A stretch of DNA of 63,418 nucleotides, filler included, from Octopus bimaculoides (Eukaryota): NCBI RefSeq assembly GCF_001194135.2. It is 7 parts of 7 records of this genome, joined end to end, with 100 filler letters (N's around TTAATTAATTAA, not from the genome) between each part and the next. Parts side by side here need not be neighbours in the genome. Positions count along the whole stretch, not along the records: positions 20,817 to 35,827 come from NC_068982.1; positions 35,928 to 43,679 come from NC_069009.1; 5 more parts are not named here. One strand, 5' to 3'. The notes below the pieces were generated by a model that was given only the letters and a program-made list of their open reading frames with translations, had not been told where the DNA came from and did not search any database. The translations under genes and the position numbers were made by a program. Within the stretch, counting starts at the first letter, position 1. Each line of letters starts with the position of its first letter. Shown piece after piece: positions 24,167-36,989 of this stretch.

Positions 24167-24800
24167 GGCATTACTATGTGGTTAAGAAATTTGTTCCACT
24201 ACCATGTGGCTTCCAGTTTAGTCCCACTGTGCGGCACCTTGAGCAAATATCTTCTACTATAGTCCTAGACTGGCCAAAGCCTTGTGGGTAAATTTGATAG
24301 ACAGAAACTGAAAGAAACTAAATGCAATATATATATGTGTATATATATGTGTATATGTGTATACCCGTCAGAGTGTAAGTATCTTGAGAGAAAAGCTGAA
24401 CATTAGAAGCATCAGTTGTGGCGTGCAAGAGAGACGATTGCGCTGGTATGGACATGTGGTGAGAATGGAGGAGGATAGCTGCGTGAAAANNNNNNNNNNT
24501 TTGATAGACAGAAACTGAAAGAAACTAAATGCAATATATATATGTGTATATGTATGTGTCTATGTGCATATTTGTCCCTTGTTGCCATGATATTGTGATG
24601 GTTTTAAACATGAGCATCATCATCATATAAGCAATGTCATTCATTTATAGTTTTCCGTGAAAATTATGCTTGGAGATGAGGAAATAGTATCTTGTTTCGA
24701 AACAAGTGAGGATTGATGACAGGAAGGATATCCAACCAAAGAAAATCTGCCTCAGTATATTCCATCTAACTCAAGCAAAGTTGGAAAACACCAGAGGAAA
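24167..24800 (+). mobile_element. Family A SINE head joined to RTE-type tail (region contains an assembly duplication)
   Basis: Head ...gtggttaagaaatttg...cagtttagtcccactgtgcggcaccttgagcaa..., then the 3' module gtgaggattgatgacaggaaggatatcc...gaaaatctgcctc. Confidence 0.6.
24366..24489 (+). mobile_element. RTE LINE ORF2 C-terminal fragment
   Basis: RQSVSILREKLNIRSISCGVQERRLRWYGHVVRMEEDSCVK (RRLRWxGHVxRM motif). Confidence 0.85.
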
Positions 24801-25799
24801 ATATTCATATACTTGAGAAAATTCCACACAAAAAAAGAAGGCTAATTATGGAAACCGTAGTCATATTGCAATACAATACCAAAAATTAATACATGGCTAT
24901 TAACATAAAAAATTAAAATCTTATTGGTCCATAGTTGACTGTGACTAACAAATCAATGCATGATTGATGATGCATGATGTTAGTGGTCAAAAAACTTTGG
25001 ATTGGAAAGTCTACCCAAATTCAGAATCCACACAAATGCCAAATATATTCAATTCAATTCTTGAAAATGAGATCATGAAGGTCTAGAAATGCAGGATATG
25101 GATTAAGGAACTCAATTGTTTCAAGTTATCTGAAAAAAAAAAGACATGATAAACCTAAAATATAAAAAAAATAAAACTTGAACATTGTTGTGCATTTAAT
25201 GAACCATGCATAATGAGACCTGCTGCTGGTACCATGTAAACCAGTTTTACCTATCCTATTGGTGGGTTGTCAGCAACTAAAATGGTTTCCCCATTTGAAT
25301 AGCTTTCTTGTGAGGAGGGTGTCTGGACACTAAGCAGGACTTAAAAAAGACCTGATGAAGGGTGGAGTAGCTCCTTGTGGGCCAACAGCCATCCAGTTGG
25401 AGACAGTAATAGCAAACCACCCCCATGTCTCTGCCAAGAAAATACTGAGTAAGTCAGAACAAAGTAATGCTATGGCTTCATCTGATGGGAGAACTTGCAC
25501 TTAATCAGGAAGACTGTCATTGTAGTGTCATCAACATGCTGTAAAAACATACAATAAATGGCAATGACAATAAATATATGTATATGTTGGTGGGTAGGGA
25601 TACGTGCATGTGTGTATGTGTATAAATATATGTACATGTATGTGTGTAAATATGTGTGTGTGTGACAGTTGGTGACATGAAGGGTATCTAACCACTGAAA
25701 ATCTGCCTCAATAAACTCCTTTGAACCTATGCAAGCATGGAGAAGTGGACGTTAAAATGATGATTGTGAAGGCTGCTCCCCCAGTGAAGAGGATTGACC

Positions 25800-26022
25800 T
25801 GCAAGAATCCTGTGCCAGTGCCACATAAAAGCGCTTATGCAGAGCCATGTAAAAGCACCCAACACACTTTGTGAAGTGGTTGGTGTTAGGAAGGGCGTTC
25901 AGCCATAGAAAAAAAGCCAAATCAGACTGCTACCTTGTGCAGCTTGACAGCTCATGTCAAACTGTCCAATCCATGCCAGCAATGAAAACAGATGTTGAGC
26001 AATGATGATGATGATGATGATA
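25800..26022 (+). mobile_element. RTE-type retroposon 3' tail
   Basis: gtgaagtggttggtgttaggaagggcgttcagcc...ccatgccagcaatgaaaacagatgtt...(gat)n. Confidence 0.75.
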
Positions 26023-26329
26023 TATTTATTTATATGTAAATATGTACAGATGTATGTGTACGTGTGTGTGTATGTATTACTCACTACTATATTGAATTAC
26101 TTACGAAAATGTTACAACCACTTCCACAACTAAAATATATTTTATTTCTGTCTAGCTACATTGCCCCACCCTTTTTTTTCTACTTCTGTTAAAACCTTCT
26201 TTTTGATTCTGACCAAGATGTGTCTGGTCAGTATCAGAGTGTTAATGTATCTTTATTCTTTATAGCATGTTTAATTCAATAAGGCCATTGATTACCTCTG
26301 CTATAACCTCAGCTATTTCACTAACTTTA

Positions 26330-26512
26330 GTACTGTAGTACCTGTTGCAAGTAGCAGATAAATTTCTTTTATCTCACACCCTACTGTCTTGAATAACAGG
26401 ATGCACTAGATAATTAGCCTTAGAAATACTGTCTGAAAAAATTATCAGATGGTCATAGCTGGAATGTCTTTGATCATAGATCTGTTCAATTAGAACCAAC
26501 TTAGGGTTAAGA
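26330..26512 (+). repeat. Interspersed repeat family C
   Basis: cctgttgcaagtagcag...cacaccctactgtcttgaa...ggtcatagctggaatgtctttgatcatagatctg. Confidence 0.6.
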
Positions 26513-29129
26513 AAAAAATCAGTTACTAATTATAGCATTGCTAGGCACAGTTGTAATTGCTTTTTTTTTTTTCATGGTTGTATTCATAACAAAATAAATT
26601 TGAATTAATTAAAAGCAAGCAAGAATCTGGTGGAATTTAGGAAAATAACTGATATTGTCATAAGTAATATGGTGTGTTTGGAATATAACTTAGAAAAAGT
26701 CTCTTGTAAAATCATGTTGGGAGGTTTTAATTTAAGTATGAATAACTTCAAAACACTAGGCTTTGTTTTATAAGGGTAGGTTGATATCAAAAGGGTTAAA
26801 ATTCAGCAAACCAGTCTTAATTTCTTTATAACTGATAGTGTCTGTGTTTCATTAACTGCTTCTTCTATCATTGTTTAAATGACCTTAAATGTTCTGCAAA
26901 TGACAAGACAATTAGTATTATGTGGTCAAAACAGCCTACAGCATCATTGAGCTAAATATATCCAGTTTACTGTCTGCTCACTTTATAAACAACATTCTGA
27001 ATTTATCTTTGAGAACAAGGCTATTTTAATTCACACATGGTGCAGGAGGGAGATGTCCATGTAATGCAACAGATACCTTGCAACTGTAAATAATTAAAAG
27101 CTATAGTTTATAGTTTATTGCCCTTCTTTTGGCTTCCTCCTCTAAATAGATTTACACTAATGCCATTTCAATTTTGCATTTTCATTTAATACAAACACAT
27201 GGTTTCACATTTAATGAGGCTGTAACAGTTGTTGTTGTTAAGATGTTGATTGCCAGTATGCAAGATGGAAGAAGAACAGTGATCAAAGTTGTAAAGAAAT
27301 ATTTATTTACTGTTACTTTGTATAATGCCATGACTGGACAGGCAGGTGTATCATATAAAAACAATAGTTATCTTTTCTTGTATGTTGTTGCTGTTTATGT
27401 TTGGTCAACTGCTAGCAGCCTAACTAGGAATCACAGGAAGATAGAGTGAATGTTAAGTGTAGGAAGTTGATAAAAATGATACCTTTATGGTGCCTGACAT
27501 TCAAACAGCTGTGGGGTTGTGATAAGACACTGTATCATAGTTGATATTCTCACTGTAACTGGATTCTGTCTGTGGTCACCTCTACATCATCTCCTTTTTG
27601 CCAACTAACTTTTTCCTATTGTGTTTTAGTATTTATAATTATCCAAACTAGTTAGAAGGAGAAACATATTGTTGAGAACAATGAATTTCGTTGGCGGTCT
27701 GTTATCTCTATTCTAGCTTTTGGTGGCCTAGAAGGGTCAAGTGCCAAAGACATTATTCTGCTTAGTGAAGGCATCTGGCAAATGTAACTGCTGTCACTCA
27801 CAGAAAAAACTATTGTTTTACTGTGAAAAAGGTGCTGTTGAACTGTTGAGTGAAATTTGGTGATCAAGGATCGAATCCACATTATGCCTGCATGAAGCTA
27901 CTACAAGGCTATCTTCTAAGTCAGTTACAGTGGCACCACTGTGAGTAAAAGAATAAAAAAATTCAGAGTTCATTAACTGTATTTTTCCTGTATGACGATA
28001 ATAGCTACTTCTTTCCTATGATAACATAAGGTTGTAGTCAATAGTAATTGAAAATAATTTCTATGTTAACAACTGCTTTACATCTAATTTTTATCAATTA
28101 ATCTAGCATTAGTGGGAAGAGTGGAGTTCTAGATTTGCTTGTCATTATTATTCTTTTATTCGTTTCGGTCATTAGGCAGTTGGCATGCTGGGACACTGCC
28201 TTCAAAGTTTTAATGAACCATCTCAATCTGGTACCTATTTCAATAAGCTCTATTTATCAAACTTATGAGTTCTGTTTTGACATTAAGGGACATAACACTG
28301 ATTTACAGAGACGTGCATATGTGCACACTCATGCACACATGCTCACACACACATTTTAAGACCAAGGGCACTCACTTGGTGAATGGAACTCTGTTTACCC
28401 TATCAGCGTCTCTTTATCAGAAACAAGGATTTGATAACATCAATGGAACAATATTTGCAGCAAATTCTTGTTTGACTAGTTATTGTTTCAGGTTGCCAGT
28501 ATGCCCATGGTCATTTGCTTACGACTCATTTTCTTCATATCATTCACGAGCACCCAAATGATTCTCAAATCACAATTTCCTTCAGACTCAGAGCTGCTGT
28601 GTGAGAGCCAGCCTGATCTTATAGTAAAGCACAAATTCACAGCAGAGCTTATGACAGCTTAGCTTGTTACCTCCAAATGGGAAAAATCTCCAAGCTATGC
28701 TGAGTTCTGTATGATCATCAAGCAAGCTCTAAAGCTAGCAACCCTAGTCTCCTTGAATATTAATCACTACCATCATTGATATGTTTTCCAGATAAAATGT
28801 TGTTGATTGTACCATTTCTACATCATCAATACTGAAGAAAGCAGGAAAACAATAGCATTAATAAATATAGCAACTTGAATGGCAATTATCTTTTTCAACC
28901 TGTAGCATTAAGTCAACTGGCATTAATGGCCTCTCAACTTAAAACTTTATTTTTGAACTTGGGGCTAAAATAACCAAGACAACAGGAGATTAATTGACCA
29001 AACAACTTGACAGATTAGAAAACAGCGATTGTGTCTTTATAAATTGTTGAAATGTGAGGATTTATATGATCACTCAATTCCACTAATTGTTTCCATGGTA
29101 ATCAGGGGATGTACTAAAAGTACTTTAGT

Positions 29130-29177
<48 letters not shown>

Positions 29178-29269
29178 ATATATGTATATATATGTATGTA
29201 TGTATGTATGTGTATACTTTTTTGATAAATAGTGGATGTACTATAAACACTTTACAATGTTTATATATA

Positions 29270-29638
29270 TCATCATCATCGTTTAACGTCCGCTTTCCAT
29301 GCTAGCATGGGTTGGACGATTTGACTGAGGACTGGTGAAACCGGATGGCTACACCAGGCTCCAATCTGATTTGGCAGAGTTTCTACAGCTGGATGCCCTT
29401 CCTAACGCCAACCACTCTGAGAGTGTAGTGGGTGCTTTTATGTGCCACCCACACGAAGGCCAGTCAGGCGGTACTGGCAACGGCCACGCTCAAATGGTGT
29501 ATTTTATGTGCCACCCACACAAGAGCCAGTCCAGGGGCACTGGCAACGATCTCACTCGAAAGTCCATTACACATACCACGGGCACAAGTGCCAGAAAGGC
29601 GACGCTGGGCACAGGTGCCATCCCGATTTCGCTTTCGC
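29270..29638 (-). mobile_element. Young RTE-type retroposon 3' end with internal duplication
   Basis: (catc)atcgtttaacgtccgctttccatgctagcatgggttggacg...; first ~160 nt nearly identical to the copy at 58244. Confidence 0.85.
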
Positions 29639-30037
29639 NNNNNNNNNNNNNNNNNNNNNNNNNNNNNNNNNNNNNNNNNNNNNNNNNNNNNNNNNNNNNN
29701 NNNNNNNNNNNNNNNNNNNNNNNNNNNNNNNNNNNNNNNNNNNNNNNNNNNNNNNNNNNNNNNNNNNNNNNNNNNNNNNNNNNNNNNNNNNNNNNNNNNN
29801 NNNNNNNNNNNNNNNNNNNNNNNNNNNNNNNNNNNNNNNNNNNNNNNNNNNNNNNNNNNNNNNNNNNNNNNNNNNNNNNNNNNNNNNNNNNNNNNNNNNN
29901 NNNNNNNNNNNNNNNNNNNNNNNNNNNNNNNNNNNNTTCAGGTGAATATGGTACTTAAATTTAGGCACCAGAATTTAGTATGGTATTATCCATACAATTT
30001 CAAAGTAAGGTGATTAAAATCAAAATAAACAACAAGG

Positions 30038-30163
30038 AAATCCACTCACAAGGCTTTGGTCGGCCTGAGGCTATAGTAGAAGACACTTGCCCAAGGTGCC
30101 GTGCAGTGGGACTGAACCCAGAACCATGTGGTTGGTAAGCAAGCTACATACCACACAGCCACT
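30038..30163 (-). mobile_element. Family A SINE 5' half
   Basis: aaatccactcacaaggctttgg...gtgggactgaacccagaaccatgtggttggtaagcaagctac...ccacacagccact. Confidence 0.85.
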
Positions 30164-30877
30164 ATTTCTGAATAATTTTCTTTTTCTTTTCCTCCCTCTA
30201 TTGTGGTTTAAGTTTGGTATATACTCAAAAGTATCCATAAATATTTCTATTCTTTTGTTAATATATTCTTATTAATAACCCTCTGAATAGCCATAAACTT
30301 TATCTGTATACAATATAGCAACATTGTTTTAAAACATTTATAGTACTACATGATAAGACTTCCCTGTTTCATTATCAATGGTCTGCTAGTGAGCGACCCA
30401 CCTTAGTTGTCAGCCAACATCTTGTTTTAAGTTTTCATTTACCAAACCTCATGAGTTTATGACTATACCAACCATGATTTCTGTCTGCTCTCTCTCACCC
30501 CTACTCCTAATAGATAATGCCCTTTATTTTCTTAAGCTTTTGATATGATAGTCTATAAATCTAAACTAAAAAACAAATAAAGTCAGTGACAGGCAGTCTT
30601 CTTTGACATTTTATTTATTAGCTTCCATGGTGTGGCTAAAGCAAGATGTTCTCTGTCTGTCTCCTTAACTTCTTGGAGATTTTAGGTATAATTATACTAC
30701 TGTGTCCATCTGTTCTAATTTAATTAAATTCTGTCTTTGTGCAGCTGAGGATTGCTCTGCATTTTTAAATTGTTGTAATGATTACATTGTTCAATTAAAT
30801 GGAGTTGCATGAAACAATTGTACTGCATTACCTCTGGATATTCTTGTTACTTATTTTGATTTATATATATATATAAA

Positions 30878-31102
30878 CCCTGGAAATGTGCAGAAAATAG
30901 ACTCCATCGACTGCCAGAGGGGAAAACTAGAAGTAGTTGATAACTTCCGTCATCTAGGTAACCAAATTCATAGTTGTAGGAATAAGATTAAGATGTGCAA
31001 AGTTCAGAGAGCTCCTACCCTTGCTGGCAAAAAACGGCCTCTCTCTCAGAGTGAAAGGCAAATTGTTTGATGCCTGTGTGTAAACAGCCATGCTGCATGG
31101 CA
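30878..31102 (+). mobile_element. RTE LINE ORF2 (post-RT) fragment
   Basis: KLEVVDNFRHLGNQI... and, in a shifted frame, KFRELLPLLAKNGLSLRVKGKLFDACV*TAMLHG. Confidence 0.8.
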
Positions 31103-33172
31103 GACATTAAATGATGATGACGAAGATAATGATGATGATGCACTATCGATTGTTTGAGTACTCTATCAAAAGTCAAGGATGGGAGCAGCACAAGCATGCA
31201 TTGCTGTATTGTAAGCATGCATTGTTTTTGTGGTCTTTGAACTAATGGCAATGGAACCAGTGATACCACTGGTAAACCATCAAGTGTTTTCATCAACACC
31301 ATCAAAGCAGTAGTAGCTGAAGCTGCTTCTACTTCATGGTTGTGGCAGAAACTTGGTCTGGCAATTGCTCATGGCAATTCTTTGTATATCAGCATGCTAC
31401 AAGAATAATGAAAGCTCCAACCTCTCCTTTTCTTTTCATGTAAATAGAAAGAAAAATGCACTATAAAGAATAAAACTAATAAACAAAAAGAAACTTTAAA
31501 GAATAGTAAATTATTTGTTTACGCATGTTTCACAAAATTTGCACAAGTAATCTTTTGTGTGTGATCAAAGTCAGAAAATTCCATTTCTGTATTACTTGCT
31601 ACATTCTTGCTTGCTCCAGTCCCAGACCCATTCTTTTATGTTTTCTCTCTCTCTCATGTGTGTGAATATGTATTTTCTATATTGAGTTGTATCTGGTTAT
31701 TCGTCATGCATAAACACAACATACTAAAATTGTGTGTGTTTGTGTGTGCAAATTTTCATTTGTATTTGCTCAAGACTAATTCTAACTCATTCTAGCATTA
31801 ACAATTCCAAATCCAAGAATTTTTCTTAGAATTTTTTTTTTTCTTTTTTTGCTATTAACAATATTTGGAATTTATTTCTTACAATAAACACCTTGGAGAT
31901 TTATCAACAGATATATTGATTATTATCATGTTTTATTATTTTCCTAAGTGTGTTTTGAATACCTTTCCCTTTTCCACCACTTTGTAGCTATTATATTATT
32001 GTTGTTGTTGTTTAATCCTTGGTCAACTTTGGTCCAGCAGACTTATGATCAGACTTATGGCATTCCAGTTATAACCATCCTGTTTTATATATGTTTGCAT
32101 GTATGTGTGTGTAATGTATGGATGGATGTATGTATCAGGAGCTACACTACTCATTGTGTCTCTCTGCAAAGCAGGTTCCTCATTGGCTTGGTTCAGCTTT
32201 ACATTGTTTTTCTATATGTGGATCTCATAAATGCTGGCAGTTATTATTGGATTTATGTATAGGTCCAGTCTTGTATAGCTTTAGTTTTTTTATACACCCA
32301 GTCTGCAAAAAACAGCAGTATGCAGTATAAAACCTATACTATGTCTGTAAAAACATGACTGTCTACAGCTTAAAATCTACATATCAGGTCTAAAAATATA
32401 ACAGTGTACAGTTGTAAATTTCCAGGCTGTCTATAAAAAAAAAATTCAATCACCTTTAAAAAGTGTTTCAGACATTGATAGAATATCCATGCTAATATCT
32501 GAAAGACAATACTTGAGTATTGTTAAATGATGCCATCTTTTACAACACCATTAGCACAGACAAAAGATTTCTATTTGTAACTAGGTTTTCTTTCTACTTA
32601 GTCTTCTGAAATTGATACAATTTCAATGATTCTTCATTAATTGACGTTCTTCATGCAGCCACTAGGAATCTGTCATTTTGTTGCATAACAATAACAATGG
32701 AAAACATCATCACCACACAATATCGATGTGTGTGTGTGTATATATATGTGATTCAGAGAATCATGCGGCTGTTACAGTAAGCTCCACATTTGGAACTGGC
32801 TATCAGTCTACATGGTAATCAATAATAATGTGGTGTAATATAATGCATCCATGTAACTGAAAATCCAGAAAACTCAAGCAATAATTGTTTTGTGAGGAGT
32901 AAATAAAGCATGAAGTCTAGAGGTGTGAGAGGTGAAGATGGATTTATTTTTCCATATGACAAATTTATCTTCACCTCTCACACTTCCTTATTTAATGATT
33001 TATATATATATTCCATTAATATTTTGCTTAGACATTGGCAGTACTAATAACCTGGTGTTGAACTCAATATATGTATGCATCTGAACAAAGCATTAGTTAA
33101 GTACAGAGCAGTAATAAGAAAAGAGATGACAAAGGAATAAATGATTATCTTATGAACTTCATTAGCTTACAG

Positions 33173-33233
33173 TTGTTTCCACTATAAGATGTGGTGGACT
33201 CCTAGTTGAGTGCCTGGAAGCTCTGATGAAATT
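33173..33233 (+). CDS. Candidate internal exon of an unidentified gene (VSTIRCGGLLVECLEALMK)
   Basis: cattagcttacAG | one open frame | GTaagg; lies in a CpG-depleted segment; no homology recognised. Confidence 0.25.
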
Positions 33234-35432
33234 GTAAGGTGTTACTCAAGCACTTAACTATGAATCCACTGCATCTTATAGTGGAAACAACTGTAAGTAA
33301 ATGAAGTTCATAAGATAATCATTTATTCCTTTGTCATTTCTTTTCTCATATATTGCATTATGTGAAAATGATAGAATTTCTTCCTTAAAAGACAAAAACA
33401 ACAGGTAAAAAAATGATACCAACAATGGAAAGTCTCCGACAATGGAAGATAGTAATCTTAAGCTAATCAAAAAACCACCAAGGACAAGTGCCCTTCCTTA
33501 GCTATCATTTCACAACCTAAAGGCCTATTCACCTGGACCATGTATCTCCATTCTCACTACCTTTCAACAAATTTACTTTCCACTCTTCATCTCCAAGTGG
33601 AACCTGAAAAAGTAAATGAGAGCTTGGCCAAAGAGGAAAGCTCTTCTGTACTTTCACTTATTTCTACAACACAACCTCTTTTGCCATAGCCATCCAATCA
33701 GAGAAAAACTGTTTGTCATTCCTAATCAAAGGAAAGTAGCAGGTAGATCTTCACAATGGATTTCATCAATAACCTCATCCATCCTACAAGCAACAACTGT
33801 TCGGCAAAAGTTTACGAATCAGCAATGCTTGGAGGCTGAACAAATAAAATAAATGCAGAGCAGTTTCATTATTCTGTATAAATCTTGAACAAATCTGGTT
33901 GATGTCAGTTCTATGTCCATAGGTTTATCTTGAACTGGCAATGCCCTTTGATATCGCTGGCAGTCCAGAGATTTCTGGAAATTGTCCATAATTCCTAGGC
34001 CAAAAATTGTCTGCAAGACTAGCCAATTGATTCTTGTTGATGCCCAAAGCTTCTACAAGAACATTGCCATTCTTCCCTATCACTAGTCTTTAATAAACCA
34101 TCAATTACAGTGCCTGACTTCTAGAGGGCTGTGAATACCTGACAATATTCCAGATATCTTGGTTTTCACTTATCACCAGAGCTCTTTTATATTTAAAATG
34201 AAAACATATAAGCAGTGGGGGGGGGGGGTATTATTGTACATATAAAAGGACTCTGATGGCTTGTATAGGCTTGGGGCTGAAAAGCAGGGAAATGCAAATT
34301 CAAAGGATGCCCTAGATAACACACACTTTAGCTACATATCTTCATATAAATATACCACTGTATTTACCAAATATTGAATCAATATATTTCTGCTTTCAGT
34401 AAACATTCAATGGATCATTGTGTACATTGCACTGCTTACCAAACATTTAGTTTATGTATCTTCAATGAATAAATTCACACACATTATGTTCACTATTGTA
34501 ACCACAAAATAAACCAACAAACATTGCAGTTCACTGTTAATCTGTTCACTGATCTGCTGAACATCTTCTATACTTCCATTTCCCTCTGTCTACCTTATAA
34601 AAAGGTTGCAGTGTCCTCCATATTTATCAAGGTCATTAGCACTGCTTTTCTCATCTCCTCTCTCTATATCTCTGTTTAACACATGCTGTCTAATATTTTG
34701 TTTATAATTTCTAACTTATCTGAGTTTTATTAATGCTACCTCACATTAAATACATCAACTTTTTCAAAAAGTCAATTCTAAGATGAAATAAATTCCGTGT
34801 ATCTCTTACTCAATGTTTTGCTAACTAAATATTTTCTGTTAACTTTTATAATTGGCAAAAGTTGAGAAAATAAAGGTAAATAAATATAAAACAAAAAAAT
34901 GCTGTTTTTATAATCTATTTATATTTTTCTGGCATGGTAGCTGTGTTGGTATCTCACCAAACATCTAGTACTAGAGGAATGAAGACGAAATACAAATCAT
35001 TTGAATTTCTTCTGCCATAACCTAGATCGCAGCAGGGATTCCAATACCCCCTACCTCATTACCTACAAACCTACTGAAACTTTATACTAATCCCGATATA
35101 CTCCATCAACAACTCAATAGGAAGAGTGAAGAGAGAATTATTGTTATAGGCTATTGCAAAGTAATTTGAAAATAGAAAACAAAATACATTTGTTTACATT
35201 TGTCCAGTGTATTTGATTACATACCAAACCTACAACTAAAAGTTTTGTAATTCTTCAAAGGGTATACCTTATAGTACATTTTTATTATCCAAAGTACACT
35301 GCTTATGCTTAGTACCAATAATTATTAATTTATTACTATAGGAGTCAATTTCCTGACAAGCAAGACAGAGTGTTTAATTTCTCAACTATCTGCTAAGAGA
35401 TTGCTAATTCAAACTTAGCCATTATTATTTAG

Positions 35433-35480
35433 TGCCTTTGATAGGAAAAGTCAGACCGCATTCTGGTTCAGAAATTGAAA
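35433..35480 (+). CDS. Candidate 48-nt symmetric exon (PLIGKVRPHSGSEIE)
   Basis: ctaat...ccattattatttAG | open frame | GTatgc; no homology recognised. Confidence 0.2.
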
Positions 35481-35659
35481 GTATGCTCCATTTCTGACTA
35501 CAGTCTCTAGCTGTTGGACAGAGATAGGGCCTGGCTGTGTGGTAGTATAATTCTACTGTATAACAGATGGAATAAATGTTGGTTACATCCTTACCAATCA
35601 GTATCTCACCGGTTTGAACAAACTTTCTGATAAAAATAAAAAATAAACATTTAACTGTA

Positions 35660-35690
<31 letters not shown>

Positions 35691-35754
35691 GATTGACCGT
35701 TGACTGAACACTATTCAATTTTTTTTCTCCGTGTTTTTCTCCTTGTCTCCGTAT

Positions 35755-35791
35755 TCTTTCTGTTGAAGAGCGTAGCTCGAAACGTCAAAGA
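35755..35791 (+). ncRNA. Minimal type I hammerhead-like motif in a Penelope-type repeat (CUGUUGA core variant)
   Basis: Stem I tcttt/aaaga; core CTGTTGA-A; stem II GAGC-gta-GCTC; GAAA; loopless palindromic ACGT stem III; GUC triplet (site after 35786). Confidence 0.6.
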
Positions 35792-35827
35792 CTTTCCGTA
35801 TTCCCGAGCGTCATACTAATATATACT

Positions 35828-35927
35828 NNNNNNNNNNNNNNNNNNNNNNNNNNNNNNNNNNNNNNNNNNNNTTAATTAATTAANNNNNNNNNNNNNNNNN
35901 NNNNNNNNNNNNNNNNNNNNNNNNNNN
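35828..35927. other. Synthetic assembly spacer (44N-TTAATTAATTAA-44N)
   Basis: Same 100-nt construct. Confidence 0.95.
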
Positions 35928-36022
35928 ATATATATATATATATATATATATACATACATACATACATACATATATATATGTATATATATATACACACACA
36001 TGGAACATGGATCTTAAATGAT

Positions 36023-36433
36023 CAGGAGTGGCTGTGTGGTAAGAAGCTTGCTTCCCAACCACATGGTTTCAGGTTCGGCCCCACTGCATAGCATCTTGGG
36101 CAAGTGTCCTCTACTATATCCTCAGGCCAACCAAAGCCTCATGAGTGGATATGGTAGATGGAAACTGAAAGAAGCCCATCATATATATATATAGTGTGTG
36201 TGTTTATGTATGTGTGTGTGTGTCTATCTATTTGTGTGTGTCCGTTTGTCTCTGCCTCCACTGCTTGATAACCAGTGTTGGTATGTTTATGTCCCTGTCA
36301 CTTAGCGGTTTGGCAAAAAGAGACCATTATCATAAGTACTAGGTTTACAAAATAACTCCTGGGGTCAATTCGTTCAACTAAAACCGTTCAACGCAGTGCT
36401 CCAGCATGACCATAGTAAAAAAAAGAGTGAAAG
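36023..36433 (+). mobile_element. Full-length family A tRNA-SINE
   Basis: A-box tggctgtgtggtaa, B-box ggttcggccc, central (TA/TG)n, tail cagcatgacc...gtaaaaaaaagagtgaaaga. Confidence 0.9.
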
Positions 36434-36559
36434 AATCTATATCTAGCTATCTATACACAAACATACATATTTCTAAACATATGAGCATATATATATACAC
36501 ACATACACACACACATATATATAGTGTTACGTATATACATATATTTATATCTATTACCT

Positions 36560-36950
36560 TTTATCCTTTCCTTGTTTCAGTCACCTGATTGCAGCCATGC
36601 TGGAGCACTACCTTAAAGGATTTTAGTCGAACAAATTGACCCCAGGACTTATTCTTTGTGAGCCTAGTACTTATTCTATCGGTCTTTTTCGCTGAAAAGT
36701 TATGGGCACATAAACACTCCAGCATTGGTTGTCAAGCAATGATGGGAGGGCAGACACACAGACACACACTCGCATATATATATGTGTGTGTGTGTGTCTG
36801 TGTTCAGGGTGGGATATGACAGGCTTCTTACAGTTTCCATCTACCAAATCTACTCATAAGGATTTTTGCCTGCCTGAGGTGCCATGCAGTGGGACTGAAC
36901 CCAGAACCATGTGATTCAGAAACAAGCTCCTTACCATACTGTCATACCTG
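36560..36950 (-). mobile_element. Family A SINE with internal deletion
   Basis: cttgtttcagtca...gacccca ggacttattc...gtgggactgaacccagaaccatgtg; inverted relative to the 36023 copy. Confidence 0.85.
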
Positions 36951-36989
36951 TTTCTGTATATATATTTATCTATTTAATTTTTTGTGACA

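Noticed and set aside
25350-25415. cctgatgaagggtgg...ccatcc hammerhead-like string
   Set aside because: GAAA and the cleavage triplet are missing; probably a LINE fragment.
27182-27364. Minus-strand ORF with signal-peptide-like stretch (MALYKVTVNKYFFTTLITVLLPSC...)
   Set aside because: Hydrophobic bias is expected from AT-rich DNA; no good donor site or recognisable domain.
34217-34228. G12 run as a G-quadruplex
   Set aside because: Single short homopolymer without additional G-tracts.
35560-35630. FVQTGEILIGK resembling an RNA polymerase beta-subunit motif
   Set aside because: Too short; flanking translation has no polymerase similarity.
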